From NCBI GenBank assembly GCA_030704615.1, contig CM060732.1, positions 60,512,001 to 60,576,000 on the forward strand: DNA of 64,000 nucleotides. Direction: 5' to 3'. This document shows, in pieces, positions 1 through 12,600 of this stretch. The notes under the pieces are model-generated. The model ran no database searches, was not told where the DNA came from, and saw only the letters and a program-made list of their open reading frames with translations. Position 1 is the stretch's first letter; each line of letters starts with the position of its first letter. This DNA comes from Takakia lepidozioides (lineage: Eukaryota; Plantae; Bryophyta). The position numbers were made by a program, and so were the translations under genes.

Positions 1-619
1 CAGTAGAAATAGACGTCTCTGAAGTTCTTTCTTCAGGGCAATGTTGCAAGGCGTCATTGTATCACTGCTTTTAAGCGAACGCTGCTGCATAAGGGTGAGA
101 TGAACCACCAGGATCTTACCACATCTTTTACTTGCGTTGTAGTACAAAACAAGATGGTCCATCTCACCCCTATATACCGGCAACCCCCTGTCTAATGGTC
201 CAAAAATCCTAAGATTTTAGGATAAGGTAGCCCCGGACGTGGGCTTTCTAACGGTATGATGGTCTGGTCCTAGAACTTAGAGAATCGGGAGCTAGAGATA
301 GAGACAACGGGAAACCAAAAGAGGAGTGAAAATATTGTACTCTTGAATTTAGACTACACTACATGAATAGTTTTCTGTTAAAAGATAGAAGATGACCGGT
401 TATACCGGTGAAGGGCCTTCCTCTCTACCGAAAATATTCTAGGGAGTGAAATTTTCTACTTAGTGGAAGTGGTATGGTCTCACCATGAGAATAGTTTAGT
501 ATATCTAATAGCATGTTTTGTTTTGTTTTATGCAACTTGGTTGTGTAATTCATCCAACAGGATGAATGTGGATATGTGAAGAATTTCATCCACCAGTTTA
601 GATTTGGGAGCAAATTCTT

Positions 620-1260
620 CCCGGTATTGGGAACTGTTCCCTGAAACAAAGGGCGTTCCCACTAGTTATTTGAGTTCCCCTAGAGATACAGAGCGATCTT
701 TGGGATCCTATGAGAATTCCCTACTATTAGAATTTAACTTCTATTTTTGTTTTATTTATTGTTTATTATTTATTATGTGCATTGTTATATGCTGTAAATT
801 AGGGCCATTATAGGCCCATTTATCCGAACCTCCTTAAAATCAAAAGTTGAGTTTTTAGGAGAGATTCGGCTATTCCTGAGTGGTAGGTTGAACTCAGCCA
901 CCCAGGAGTGGAGGGGCATTGGGAAGAGGCGTCTCTCTTCCTAAACCCGGTAAGTGTTTTGTGAAGAGACAACGAATTAGTTCCCGACTATTAGCGGTTC
1001 GGGGGTTTAGGCAGTAGGATATAGTCAATAAAACTAAGACTTGGAAGACAATGTACTTTAAAAATACATAAACATACCATAGACTAAGAAACGCAAACTC
1101 GCCCCACACCGAGGAAGTTGGACTCTACGTTGCCGGTGGGATTTAGAATTTGCTTTATTATTTATTCTTTTGTGATTATTCCGCCACTAACACGCCTCGG
1201 ATCCCCTGCACTAACCGCAGTCGGGTGGGCGATTCTTTGAGCCTAACCCATCCCGCTACA
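620..1260 (+). mobile_element. LTR-like repeat (probable solo or partial LTR 3' part), related to 9030-9633
   Basis: Shares long blocks with 9270-9610 (CCACCCAGGAGTG, TAAACCCGGTAAGT, CCCGACTATTAGCGGTTCGGGGGTTTAGG, AAGACTTGGAAGACAAT). Similarity ends at ...CCCGCTACA, an LTR-like CA end. Confidence 0.5.
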
Positions 1261-1819
1261 CACCTCGACCCTCCTAGCTAGTATGCCGTCGTTCTGGCCG
1301 CGCGTGTCCGCGGCTCGTTACCTTAATAAATATATCTATTTGGTTTCATTTACAACTTCGACCGATCTGGGTATGTCCGGAAGTCCGTCAAGCTACTCAT
1401 CCACAAAATTGGAACTGTTAATGATAATGAACTCCAGATCGGGACTTCATAGGCTCAAGGCAAAACTGGAGGAAGCAGGAGCTTCAGAATGGACATATAT
1501 ATCCCGGATTAGTACTGGCGCCCCCCCGGATACGAATCTTGCGAACCAGCTTAGTAACACTAATATAATGCAACTGGATAAACATGAAAATTAATTCGGC
1601 TGCAGTGTCATTCCCACAGCCATAGAGCATCGGCGGTGGTACCTTCCGTATGTTTTTAATAGGATGATGAAGAGGTGGCTGTAAAAGATCCTCTACACTA
1701 CACCCCAACAACCAACAAACCCAATCGTGCTTTCTATTGATAGGAGTAGTGCTACCGCTTCTGTTTTGGGAAAAAGTTGAGAAATACTTCTATTCTAATT
1801 TGTATAGATCCTGGGTGTT

Positions 1820-2286
1820 ACAGCAGATGAGCTCTATGCGAGAAAGCTGGTGCGAAGAGACTAGGATCAGGTGATGAAGGATGAGAGGGTGGCTCGGGAG
1901 CTTAACAGGGCTCTTAACACCCCCCATGAGGAGGATGCAGGTGCTCAACAACAGCTCCTACGACTTGTGGTGGAAGTGGATACTACTGCGTTGGTCTTGA
2001 GCAGTTGGCCTGTGATTTCGATGAGGGAGACTACGAGGCTCTCATAGGACTTGATGCCTCTGTTCACAACAAGGGATTGACAATGGAAGTCATTTTTTCT
2101 GGCTTGCCTGTGTATGCAGCTTCTACAACGACGTCCAGTGAGAATGTGTGTACTATTTGTCAGAACGCGTTCCTTCCCCAGCAGCTGATTCAGAAGTTGT
2201 TTTATGGTTATCAATATCACAAAGATTGTATTGATAATCGGTTGCAAATACGTGCGATATGTCATATTTGCAATGATAGGGTTTGA
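1820..2286 (+). pseudogene. Degenerate RING-H2 E3 ligase remnant
   Basis: ORF 2005-2286: DFDEGDYEALIGLD followed by CTIC-x14-Y-x-Y-x2-H-x2-C-x10-CHIC. This is RING-H2 spacing with two metal ligands changed to Tyr. The upstream part is in another frame and contains a stop. Confidence 0.7.
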
Positions 2287-3099
2287 GATATGGTCTAGTT
2301 ATTGACTCTTCAGGTGTGGCTTTCTTGCACTATGGCTGCTATTGCATGCAAATAGAAAAGACACACTTCCTTTGTTATTGACAACGTTACAGAGAATCAT
2401 GGCCATTTCACAGCTCAATTGTATTCACAAGATGTGTCTTCCTGACAGACTTGGATGCTTGCTATTATGCATGTCTCTGCATTTTGTGTGTTTGAAATGA
2501 ATAAGATGAAGAGAACTTCAAGAGAAAAGTTTTTCTGTAGTTTTCAGCTTGTCTTGTTTTTAGATTGCTATCAAGAGTAGAGAAACAATGAAGAGCACTG
2601 GAATGTCTACAACAATACAAAACTATTGATAATTATAACGTTTAAATTTGACATTTTGGTTTTATGTTCTCGTTTCTAGAGCTTTATACAGAAAGAGTCA
2701 CAACTTTAGGGATTGCTGTGTGATAACTCCGAATTCCTTGCTTTCCTGTTAGACCAACTGAGAAGTATTTTATTACTAGATTTTACGAAAGTAATGAGGA
2801 GTATCAATCTCAGCAAACTGATCTCAGCTAAATACATAAATTCCATGTATGATCTAAACATCCTTAAATTGTCTAGGGAAGTTAAATTCATTGATACTGA
2901 ATAATGTATATATTTGTGGCACGAGAAGTACATGGATAGAAGTACAGGCATGGTCGAAACGACTACAAGATCTTCCCGATCATTTGTATATGCTAGGTAA
3001 ATTTGAAACTTATCTTGGCCTGCAAGACAATTGTTGGACATTTGAGACTACATCTTTTTTTTATTGTTTAGCAACATACTTAGTTGACAGTAAGATAAC

Positions 3100-3471
3100 T
3101 AGTGAAGATGATTTAAAATCGCAAGATGGTCGTCCTAATTTTTCTAATTTTTAAAAGTTTTGTCTGGTTGAAATTTGAGACCCCCAGAGCTGGCGGTCCC
3201 GATCTTTTAATTTTTTAAACCGTTGAAGTCGCCAAAAGTAGAAGTCCTAATTTATTTTTAATTTATATTTAAAATTAAAATTAGTGCTATGACGGTCTTG
3301 TCATTTCTTAAAAAAAATTAATTGGATGGATAAAATCGGTACCGCTAGTTCAAAACATAATTGGGATCGCCGATTTTAATTTAAAATAAATTAAAACGAA
3401 TTAGAATAAATAAAAAAATTGAATCGCCAGAGGTGACGATACTAAATTTATCCAGTTTGATGGTCCTGATT

Positions 3472-3521
<50 letters not shown>

Positions 3522-4220
3522 ACCACCAACTTAAATTAAAATCGGAACCGTCGAAGCTGGTGGTCCAATGTTTTTTTTTTAAAATATTATGGAACCACCA
3601 GAGCTGGTGGTCATTTTTAATATAGTAAAATAAATAATTTTTTTGGAACCGCCAGCTTTGGCTATCTTGATTTTAGTAAATTTTAAAATTTTAAAAATAA
3701 AAATATTGGGACCGCCATCTCTGGCGGTCTCGATTACATTAAAAAACAATATATTGAGATGTTCTTGGCTTGACTTCGGGGGGTTGCCAAGCATTATTAT
3801 CCAAGTGCATTGCAACCTCTGGAACTACCTCATTCTTGTTGCAAGGAAGAAGAACCGCCGGCTCTAACGGTCTAAAATTTAAACAAAACGAAACTTTTAA
3901 AAATTCCCGATATTATACAAAAAAATATTCAATTTCCTTTTACAAAATTCGGGACGACCAACTCCGGCGATCCTAAAATTACACATATAAAAAATTTAAT
4001 TAAATTGAATGTTAGTAATTTGAAATGACTGTCATGGTCGCCCGACCACCGCCATTGTCTGGCGTTCATCTGAACCCCAACAAAAATAAAAAATAAAAAA
4101 ACAATAAAAATAAAAACCTCACATACTCCTGTCCATTGCCAAATGTCATTCGGAAATCCGAAAGAGAACAAGAAAAATCCAACATTTTATTTATTTATTT
4201 ATTTATTTGGATGTGATTGA
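3100..4220. repeat. Array of degenerate palindromes GGGACCGCCA-N4-TGGCGGTCCC in AT-rich spacers (TE subterminal-type repeats)
   Basis: Examples: GAGACCCCCAGAGCTGGCGGTCCC (~3177), GGAACCACCAGAGCTGGTGGTC (~3591), GGGACCGCCATCTCTGGCGGTCTC (~3708). The same motif occurs at 41030-41470 and 42820-43186. Confidence 0.75.
3475..3519. repeat. (TA)n microsatellite
   Basis: Pure TA run visible in the sequence. Confidence 0.95.
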
Positions 4221-4759
4221 GTTTGCCAGAGCTGGCGAGGGTATGTATAATTCATGAGCGTTGAGCAGGTTTAAGCATGAGCATGAACAGAAATTACCAT
4301 GAGCAGAACATAATTAATATTTTTAAAAAACAATTTGGCATTTGTGGAAGTAATTTTGGACTGTTTTTCATATACTCAAACAGTTCGATGCTCGATGAAA
4401 TATGACATCGAACTTAGATTCGGATACCAAAAAATAGGTTCGTTAACTCCCGAACCTAGAGAGTCGGTGCCGATTATAAGTGAATAGTGCTCGTGATACG
4501 GATACCGTGGGCATATGCACGTTTACTATAACTGAGTGTTTTTTTTTTTTTTTTTTTTTTTCCTCGAAATTCACGAAAATCGGGGAGGTCGGCGGACTAC
4601 AACCATCCGCACCCATTTTTTGTCTCTGCTTAGCTCCAGTACACCATCATAAGCTGGCTAACAAAAAGAATACTTGTAAACTGATGTATTGCTCTAAAAT
4701 GATTTAGAAAAACATCCCGAAATTGAGTCCAATGTTGGAATGAACCCTAAGGTTGCTTC

Positions 4760-5340
4760 CAATACCAAGTTAATGCCTTTCCCCTTAAGGTCGTAGGGAA
4801 CCAAATCAATCAATATGCATCATTCAAAGCTTGATTGGAGTAACAACTTTGAACAAAAAATTTGACATGATATTCGGGGTTTTCACGTGGTTTACCAGAA
4901 AACCAGTGCAAGTGACTTGGTAGTGGTAATGGAGTCAAACCTGCTGGCACCACGATTGGAATATCTGGAGGTGTCGATGCAGGAGGTGCTGGTGGTGCTA
5001 GAGGTGGTTGTGGTTGCGCCATTGAACCTTTTGGATTCAACGATGGATTAGATGTCGGGTTACTGGGTGTGGCCGAGCTTACATATGGAGATGATAATGA
5101 AGATTCAGAACCTTCCGAGTCTGATCCGTTCAAATCTCAATTCAAATGATTTGATGGGTTGATTAATCGGAGTCTCTCTCCGTTTCTTCTTCAGACGTTG
5201 TTACCTAGACTGTACGTCTTGGTAATTGAAAAAATCTTTCTTAATTGCTGCACGAAATAATCTACGTCTAAGTCTAGGATCTGTTCTTCGAAATGAACTA
5301 GGATTGTGATGGGAACTAGAAGCAAAATTTGACATTCATC
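4760..5340 (-). mobile_element. Ty3/gypsy gag remnant
   Basis: Pro-rich linker then WFSGKPRENPEYHVKFFVQSCYSN...*LIWFPTTLRGKALTWY, matching the retrotransposon gag pattern F.G...E.P..H...F...C / FP.TL.G.A..W. Contains an in-frame stop. Confidence 0.7.
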
Positions 5341-6137
5341 GTCACTATTTGGCTTATCCAGTTAATGTTGCGATACGATCGAGGGCTAATATAACCGTGT
5401 ATAACCATAACAACAATGAAAGAATTCAAATTAGATAAATAAAATGAGGCTGTACGGGTACATCAGCGTGCAACTGCAAATGATATCGCGCGCGCCGCGC
5501 CGCTTTCTAGTAGGAGAGGTTGGTTACAATCATTACAATGTTCTCTGCGGATCATGTAATGTTCTGCAAAATACTGGCACTGGATACACTGCGTCAGATA
5601 ATTAACATGTCATTTAATGTGAGCTGTTATGGAAGATCGCAAGTGTAGGGCTTCTAAATAAATTCCTAGCACTCGCAATCGGGCCACATTGGCGGTCACA
5701 ACACCAATAGAATCGTTATTGACAATCATCTGGTAGTATTCTATCCAACCAAACTCGATCATTAATCCACCTTCTTCTTTCGCGTATGACAAGTCGATCG
5801 ATGTAGGCTTCTATCATAGACCTAATATTATTGTCCCTTCGCCAAAACCGTTTTTTAATGCGCTTAACGTTTTCTTCAAAACTCATCACTTATCCATTCG
5901 AACTACATGATTTCATATGCAATCGTATACCTTCAGGTTTGTACATATCATCCGTAATATATATTACTCAAAATTCTGTTACTAAGCAACAGAAGTTGTA
6001 TACAGATTTTTTTCGTTTTGCTAAAAGCGTAAAAGAAGAAGAAGGTGGACGCGTTGCCGAAGCAAGCGTAACTTATGGTGTCATTTGACCCAGAAGGGCT
6101 ACTGCCTTCCGATATGAATGTGGACACTTTTGTAACA

Positions 6138-6210
6138 ACCAATAGGGTGGTTTGAACCCACAACCATTCGTAAGATGATATATGTCCTTACCACTGGGCT
6201 ATATGTTGGC
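6138..6210 (-). other. Degenerate tRNA-like sequence (tRNA pseudogene or SINE head)
   Basis: Minus strand: GCCAACATATAGCCCAGTGGTAAGGAC...GTGGGTTCAAACCACCCTATTGGT. Has an A box (TAGCCCAGTGG), a T-arm/B box (GTGG-GTTCAAA-CCAC) and a partly paired acceptor stem; the anticodon arm is unpaired. Confidence 0.45.
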
Positions 6211-8099
6211 TGTTTAAAAACGTAAATACTATAGTCTTAATAACAAGCCCTTATATGTAGATGTATATTTAAGTAGATATTTATTTTCGATCATTTTTTT
6301 TTAATCTTTAGATAGATAGTTTGGACATTTGGGTGAAAGATATTAGTTAAAAAAAATAGAAACAGAAAGAGATGTCTTCCACAGTCGGGGAGTCAGTGGC
6401 AGGGTCGAAGACTCGCAGAAGCACCACCAAGTTTGATAATCCACGGAAGTTGTAGTCTTTCGGAGCGGCGGGATGCAAAGAGTACGTCGACAAAATGGAG
6501 TTAGAAGGCTCTGATTTGCCCGAGGATTTACCGGAACATCAAGAGGTCCTTACCTAAATTACCCACAAAATTTGGGAATTTTCGGTTAAGGTTTGTAACG
6601 GCATCGAATTACGAGACAAAGAGCACTCGTGGTGACCTAATTTAAGAGGTTTATTCATTATTTGATTGGCCAGAGCAGCCAAGGGAAATTGGAGGATGAG
6701 CGGAGAACTTCATCCATCTAGCGCAAGCGACAACGTTAACAATCATTCATCTAGTTGGATGAAATTATATTGGATGAAAATCATCCACTTGGATGAAATC
6801 CATCCATCCATGGCTCATATTTATTAGTTGTCTTTGTTTGGTCAACAAGTTTTCCAATTGATTGGAGAAGTTTAATTATTATTTCATAGTTTTTTATTAA
6901 CCCCAAAAGTAGTATATACGAGAGGCAAGGCCCCCCTTGTTCATCACTTTTTTACGTTCCTCTTGCTCTGTTCTTGCTTTGTATGTTTTTATTGGAGCTA
7001 GAGTTGGAATCTAGCCCCATTGTTGCTTAAGGAGCTTAAGTCCTAGCAAGTAGAGCTCGAGCTTGTTAGTAGTGGAGAGTCTTATTTCGTGGGAGCTAGA
7101 GTTGGATTCTAGCCCTACCCATTGTCGGCCAAAGCCATTTATTTTGTTATGAGAAAGAAGCTCGGCTTGTCAAAAGAAGGTCATGTGTAAGGTCTAAGAT
7201 TTAGATCCGGACGTTATCTAGTTTTTGTTGTTATTGTGTTTTTTACCATAGCTGTCAGCCAGGGGCTGCCGCCACTTGTGTGGTCCCCGCGGGAAGCTCC
7301 AAGGTGTTTGGGGTATAGCCCAGGGGCTGGCCGGAGTATAACCAAGAGAAGCTCCAAAGAGTTGGGAGGAGGAGCCCATAAAGTCAATTGAGAGCACTTA
7401 GGGGCAAGACGTGGCAAGGCGCCTAGCCGTTGATCACCGGACGGTGCCCAAGGCCCAAGCGTTGACTGTAGCATTGCACGGCAGAAACAGCGGGGCCCCA
7501 AGCCCGACAGCCCCCACGTACCTTAATTTTTTTTTATCGCGGACTGACGGTCCAAAGCAAGGACCGCCTGACGCCTCACCACGTGGTGTAGCCACCGCGC
7601 CACGTCCAGCCGTTGCTGGTCGCGGGTTTTCTAGGGGGGAGTTCATCTAGTTATGGGTACTATGCATTTCTAACCCCCCATCTTGTTTTTTATTTTTCTT
7701 TTAGTTAAGAACTCAAGATCCATGTACCTATCATCCGTTATAAAAAACTTCCATGAGCCAAAATCATCCATGATGACATGGATGCGCAAATGAAGTCATC
7801 TATCATTGAAATCGTGCATCCGCCAAAATCATCCGTCGTGTGCAATCATCCGCAGGTCACAAAATCATCCGCAGCTGATCAAATCATCCATTATGATTCC
7901 AAAACACAAACTTTGTGGCACCATTATATTTTGGAATTTTTGGTATATTTATTTCTCGCCTTTCTTATTTACGATATCGATAATTCAAGGGCCGGTAAAC
8001 GGGGTGTAGCGCCGACTAGAGAGATTTGATGCCGGAAACCGATTTTGTGGAACTCGAATTTTGCTGCCAGATAGTGGAACTCGAATTATGACTACTGTG

Positions 8100-8456
8100 A
8101 TGGCAGAGTGTCGTTAGGGATCCTGGAGTGTCATGACAGCACTCGCAGAATGAAGACGGCAGAGGTAGAGAGGAATGTAGCGCAGGAGAGGACTCGGATA
8201 ATTTTGAGTCGTCGGAAGAGTCCTCCGAGACTGAGGACGATGAGCAAGCTTCAGAGTAATCTACAGATGTCGATGAAGAAATGAAGGTTGATGAGTATGA
8301 CGACTTCTAGTGAACTGGTGCTTCTGCCTGGAGTCTTCACAACTTGGAGACTTTGTACACACGCTCAGTGTGTCATTCCACTCCTTTCACAGTGCATGCA
8401 TAGACCCAAAGTTTTAGCTGAACGACACATGCCCTCTCTGTTGGCGTACGTTGTGA
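8100..8456 (+). pseudogene. Second degenerate RING-H2 remnant with upstream acidic region
   Basis: The frame from 8316 reads WCFCLESSQLGDFVHTLSVSFHSFHSACIDPKF*LNDTCPLCWRTL*, keeping H-x2-H-x2-C-x10-C-x2-C. An acidic ESSEESSETEDDE stretch lies upstream in another frame. Not in the ORF track. Confidence 0.7.
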
Positions 8457-9029
8457 GAAAACATAGGAATTGCATTTTGATTGGGTAGACCATTGGTCTC
8501 ACAACTGTTTTTTTTTTTTTAAAGATAAAATCGGGACCACGAGAGTTGACAAGTCCCAATTTTTTTATTTTGTTTTAAAATAAATTGATAAATTCGGGAC
8601 AGACAGATCTAACGGTCCCAATTTTTTTGTTTTTTAAATTTTTAAATCTATAAAAATCTTTGGTAGGGGAGTGCCTCAAAAGAGACATATCTACCAAGCC
8701 AGGGCTCAGCTTCAATGGAGTCCCAAGCTCCGAGTTACATGCCGAGACAGCGAGAGAAATTTTTTTGGATGCAAAATACTGTATCCATGTTTTAAGGCTA
8801 CAATAGGGAATAGTGAAAGGTGAGAGGAAGAGGATGACGCATTCTAGAAAGGGAAAGCGTCATTTCCCACTTATTTAATGATTTGTTATGTGCACCTGGA
8901 GAAGAAAAAAGCCGGTCCCACCAGGAGAAGTGGTTTAGAGGATAATCATGCATGTTTTGGCTTGCAAATTAACAGCGATCTTCATCTGCCACTTTATTTT
9001 TTTCATCCATTAAGGTAGGGGCAGCCCCC

Positions 9030-9633
9030 CCCCCCTCGGGAGCGGTTCCCCGGCTGTTCCCCGCCCCCCCTACATGTAATTTTTGGATCTTTGGACTCTA
9101 GAGGAGATTCCATTTCCAGGGATATTTTATTATTAATATTTTCTTATTTCTTTATTATTTTTGCCCGTTGTTTGCATGGATAAATAGGAAAAAATAGTCA
9201 TAGGAACTTGGATTTAATTTGACCCCTTTAGTCCCCGGATTGGGGGGGGATTTCCGATGAGGTTTTGCCCTTCCTGAGATGTGGGTTGAATTCAACCACC
9301 CAGGAGTGAAGGTATATTGGGAAGAGTCGGTTCCTTATCCCCCCTTAAACCCGGTAAGTTCTTTGTGAGGGAACAATGGATTAGGTCCCGACTATTAGCG
9401 GTTCGGGGGTTTAGGCCAGTAGGAGTTAGCTAATAGAACAAAGACTTGGAAGACAATTGACAAGACTAGAAATTAAAAAATATATACCGTAGGACTTAGA
9501 AACGGAATCTTGCCTTATGAGGGAGAACTTGATTTTTTATTTGCCGGTAAAATTAGATTTCGATTAGCAGCCGCCACTAGCATTACCGCGGAACCTCCTG
9601 TACTAACCACATCGGGCGTCCAGGGCTCGTCAC
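9030..9633 (+). mobile_element. LTR-like repeat related to 620-1260 (partial third relative near 11950-12100)
   Basis: Direct sequence similarity to 620-1260; ends ...GGGCTCGTCACA. Confidence 0.5.
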
Positions 9634-12600
9634 ATCTATTTGGAGGGTGATTCACTGCCTACTCCATTTGTTTAAATTGAATTATTTTGTATCTTTGTTG
9701 ATTTATACTAAGCCAGGGGCTTCTAAGACCATATTGGACTTGTGACATTATGTTGTCTATGAAAAACTAATCATCTTAGGCAAAGATGATGCTTTGATTT
9801 TATGTTTGAAGTGTATCTTGAAACACAGGGGAAGAAGCCCAAAGGACAGGGGCTTAAGGGCATATAACCCATGTTTGAGGCATTTGAAGGTCTATTTAGG
9901 AGATCAATAGGCTGTCGCGATATCCCCCACCTGCTCCCTGCCTTCCTTCTCATTTTTTGAATCCTACCTAGCCACCATTTTACCAATAAGCTACATACAA
10001 ATATCTATATCTTCCCCTAAGAACATGTATATATTTTTGGAATTTTTCATAGATATTATCTCATTCATATAGTAATTGTTTTTAAAAATGAGTCATTATT
10101 TTAGACCCTATATTAATTTAAATTCCCTGATCACGATATAATGTACCATTTATTACTTTTAAATGTTTTCTAATTTTTATCTTTTCTGAATAAATAGCAC
10201 TCTATATTTTTTTGCACGTCGGTTGGAAATTTTTGGAAGTGACTTCCTCGGGTTAAATTGAAAGTGTTAATCCCCCAAGGACCCTGGGAGACAAACTAAC
10301 CCCCCTAAAGAGGATTAGTCTAGTCTATAAAGGGGCTGCCCAAAGGGCAACACCCCAAGACAAAAGTTAAGAGCGCTTAGACCCCATTTACTAAAAGGTC
10401 AACTAGTAAGTACCATAGAGATCGTCACACCAAGGCGGAACTGCTACGGGGTTGCGGACCCCGCCAAGGACTGTTGTTGACCATTGGAGGCCAAAGTACG
10501 GGAGAAACGCTGCTGCGTGAAAGCAACTTGAGGCGTCATAGCCGTACCCTACGTAGGAATACACGCGCGGAGTGGGAGACAGCCCGCGCTTTTACCCAGC
10601 GGACCCGCCAGCGGTGGCGGGCCAGTTGCGTCGTACCGCGTGGCAGCGGGCCACGGATCAAGCTTTTATCCGCGGGATACACGCGCAGACCGCGCCAAGG
10701 ACCAACAATCCTTGGCCATGGACTTTTCAAGGGGGGTATTTTTCCTAACTTAATTTTTGGTGCACTATTCACGTTCTTCCCTTTAGCATGTGGGCATAGG
10801 AGGAGGTTAGCTTAGGACAAGTGAAAATTGGAATAATTGGGAAGGCACCGCTAATGTTGTCATTTTGATGTCTCTCGGAGTCTGAGAAGGTGCAGCCCGG
10901 GATGTCGCGGCCCTTTGCCTTGAGGGCGGGGGGTCGGGACACAAGATGGGCTGCCCCTGTGGTGGGGGCAGTGGCAGCAAATAGGAAAGGGGACTGAAGC
11001 ACCCTTGAGTGTCGAAGGCACTCAAGGAGGCGGTGACGCTCACTAGATGGAGCCCCGCAAACCGGGTGGCGGTGGTGGGGGGCTCCACGAGGGGTGGTGG
11101 TAGCGTAGGGAGTCGTAGTGGGGGTGGCATAGGACTCACCATGAGGCTGAGGCCTTGTGGTGGGAGTCGTGGGGAGTCTTGGGACTCACCACGGTCCATT
11201 GGGGCCGTGGTGGGTGGGCCAAGACTCACCGCGGCTCACCACAGGGACAATCGAGGGTCTAAGTGGTGGTGCACTAGATTTGGAGGGTGCTACTTGTGGA
11301 ACCCCCGCGGACACCTACAGAAATATATATATGGGATAGTAACCCTGAGAACGGTGCAAGCCCGTTGGTGACAAAAAATTAGTGAGTAAACGTGCGAGCA
11401 GGAAAGCAACCAAGGTGTGGGGAGCTGTTCCGGACTGCCATCTACCAAAGGGAATTTCCACTGAGCTCGACAGGTCGAGGGTCGAGTGGGAGTGTGAGGG
11501 GGACCGTTATGCCCTGGTGAGCAGCCGAAGCTCCAAGTTGGTCCGGCGGCCGGTTTGGGAATTAGGCACGCGTATCAAGGCGAGTAACTATGACGTAAAA
11601 AAGAGTTTACCGAAGTGAGGTGCGCGACACGGGAGTTCTTGCATGAAACAGAGATAGATAGCCCAAAAACCAAGTGGGAGAGGTTCCCGTGGTGGGGTTT
11701 CAAGAGGTAGAAGATGACATATTCTAAAGGCGCTATAGGCCATCCCTTCGCCTAGTTTAATCTGATTAAATAGAAAGGGAGAAAAGAGGCCCAAAGAATG
11801 GACCTCGGGACCCACTAGAATTATACTGTTTGTTTATTCATGGAAGTGGCAAACGGATGAAAAAATATTTAATTGGGTTTTCATTCATCCGGGGCCAGTG
11901 ACCCCCATAAGTTGCTAATGAGCCATTGAGTGGGTTGTGCATAGGAATTGGGGCGCTCCCATCGAGGAGAGCGGTTCCCCAATGTTCCCAAGGTGTTCCC
12001 TTGATCCCCTGGAGGTAATTTCAGGATCCTTGAGATCCTCAGGGAATCCTCTATTTATTCATGTTTTTTAAGTTTTTTCTTATTTGTTTATTTATTTATT
12101 GGCTCCTCCCTAAAGAGGAGAACCCATCACTGTCAAAAAAATGTCAACTCCTTGTTACACCCTCCCCATATAATGCATGCCCTAAATGAACCTCTCCTCA
12201 GATTACACCCGGTCATGCACTCCCCTAGTAAGACTTTTATAAAATTATATATTCTATGTTATTACGTAATTTGATAGTAAATTACCAAGGGGCCTGATTT
12301 GTGAGCAAGCTGTAGCTCCCAGCTGTTTCCCTTTTCTAAAATAAATTTAAAAAATATTACCGTACACAAAATCTCAAAACATCTCGCCGAAAATCTTCAA
12401 AATTTGCACTTTGGATGCCCAAGTTAAGGAAACTAGCGCGAGAAGCGTGATTTCCCCCCCTCAAATCACCGGCCATGTCCGCGAGTTCTTCCACAGTGGC
12501 CATGGCCATGGTCTCTGTGAGCTCCGGAGTCCAGCGCTCAGCGGGCAGAAAGATTCGTCTGCGAAGATTGCACGCTCCGACGCAGCTGATTCCAACTGGT

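Noticed and set aside
2706-3154. Frameshifted coding-like stretch between the first RING remnant and the array
   Set aside because: May be TE cargo, but I cannot assign any motif.
620-9633. One full-length LTR retrotransposon bounded by the two LTR-like repeats
   Set aside because: The repeats are quite diverged, I see no PBS, PPT or TSD, and the only gag remnant between them is on the opposite strand.
10300-11900. GC-rich overlapping ORFs of 110-140 aa
   Set aside because: Low-complexity Pro/Gly/Arg translations on both strands with short internal repeats; probably non-coding TE sequence.
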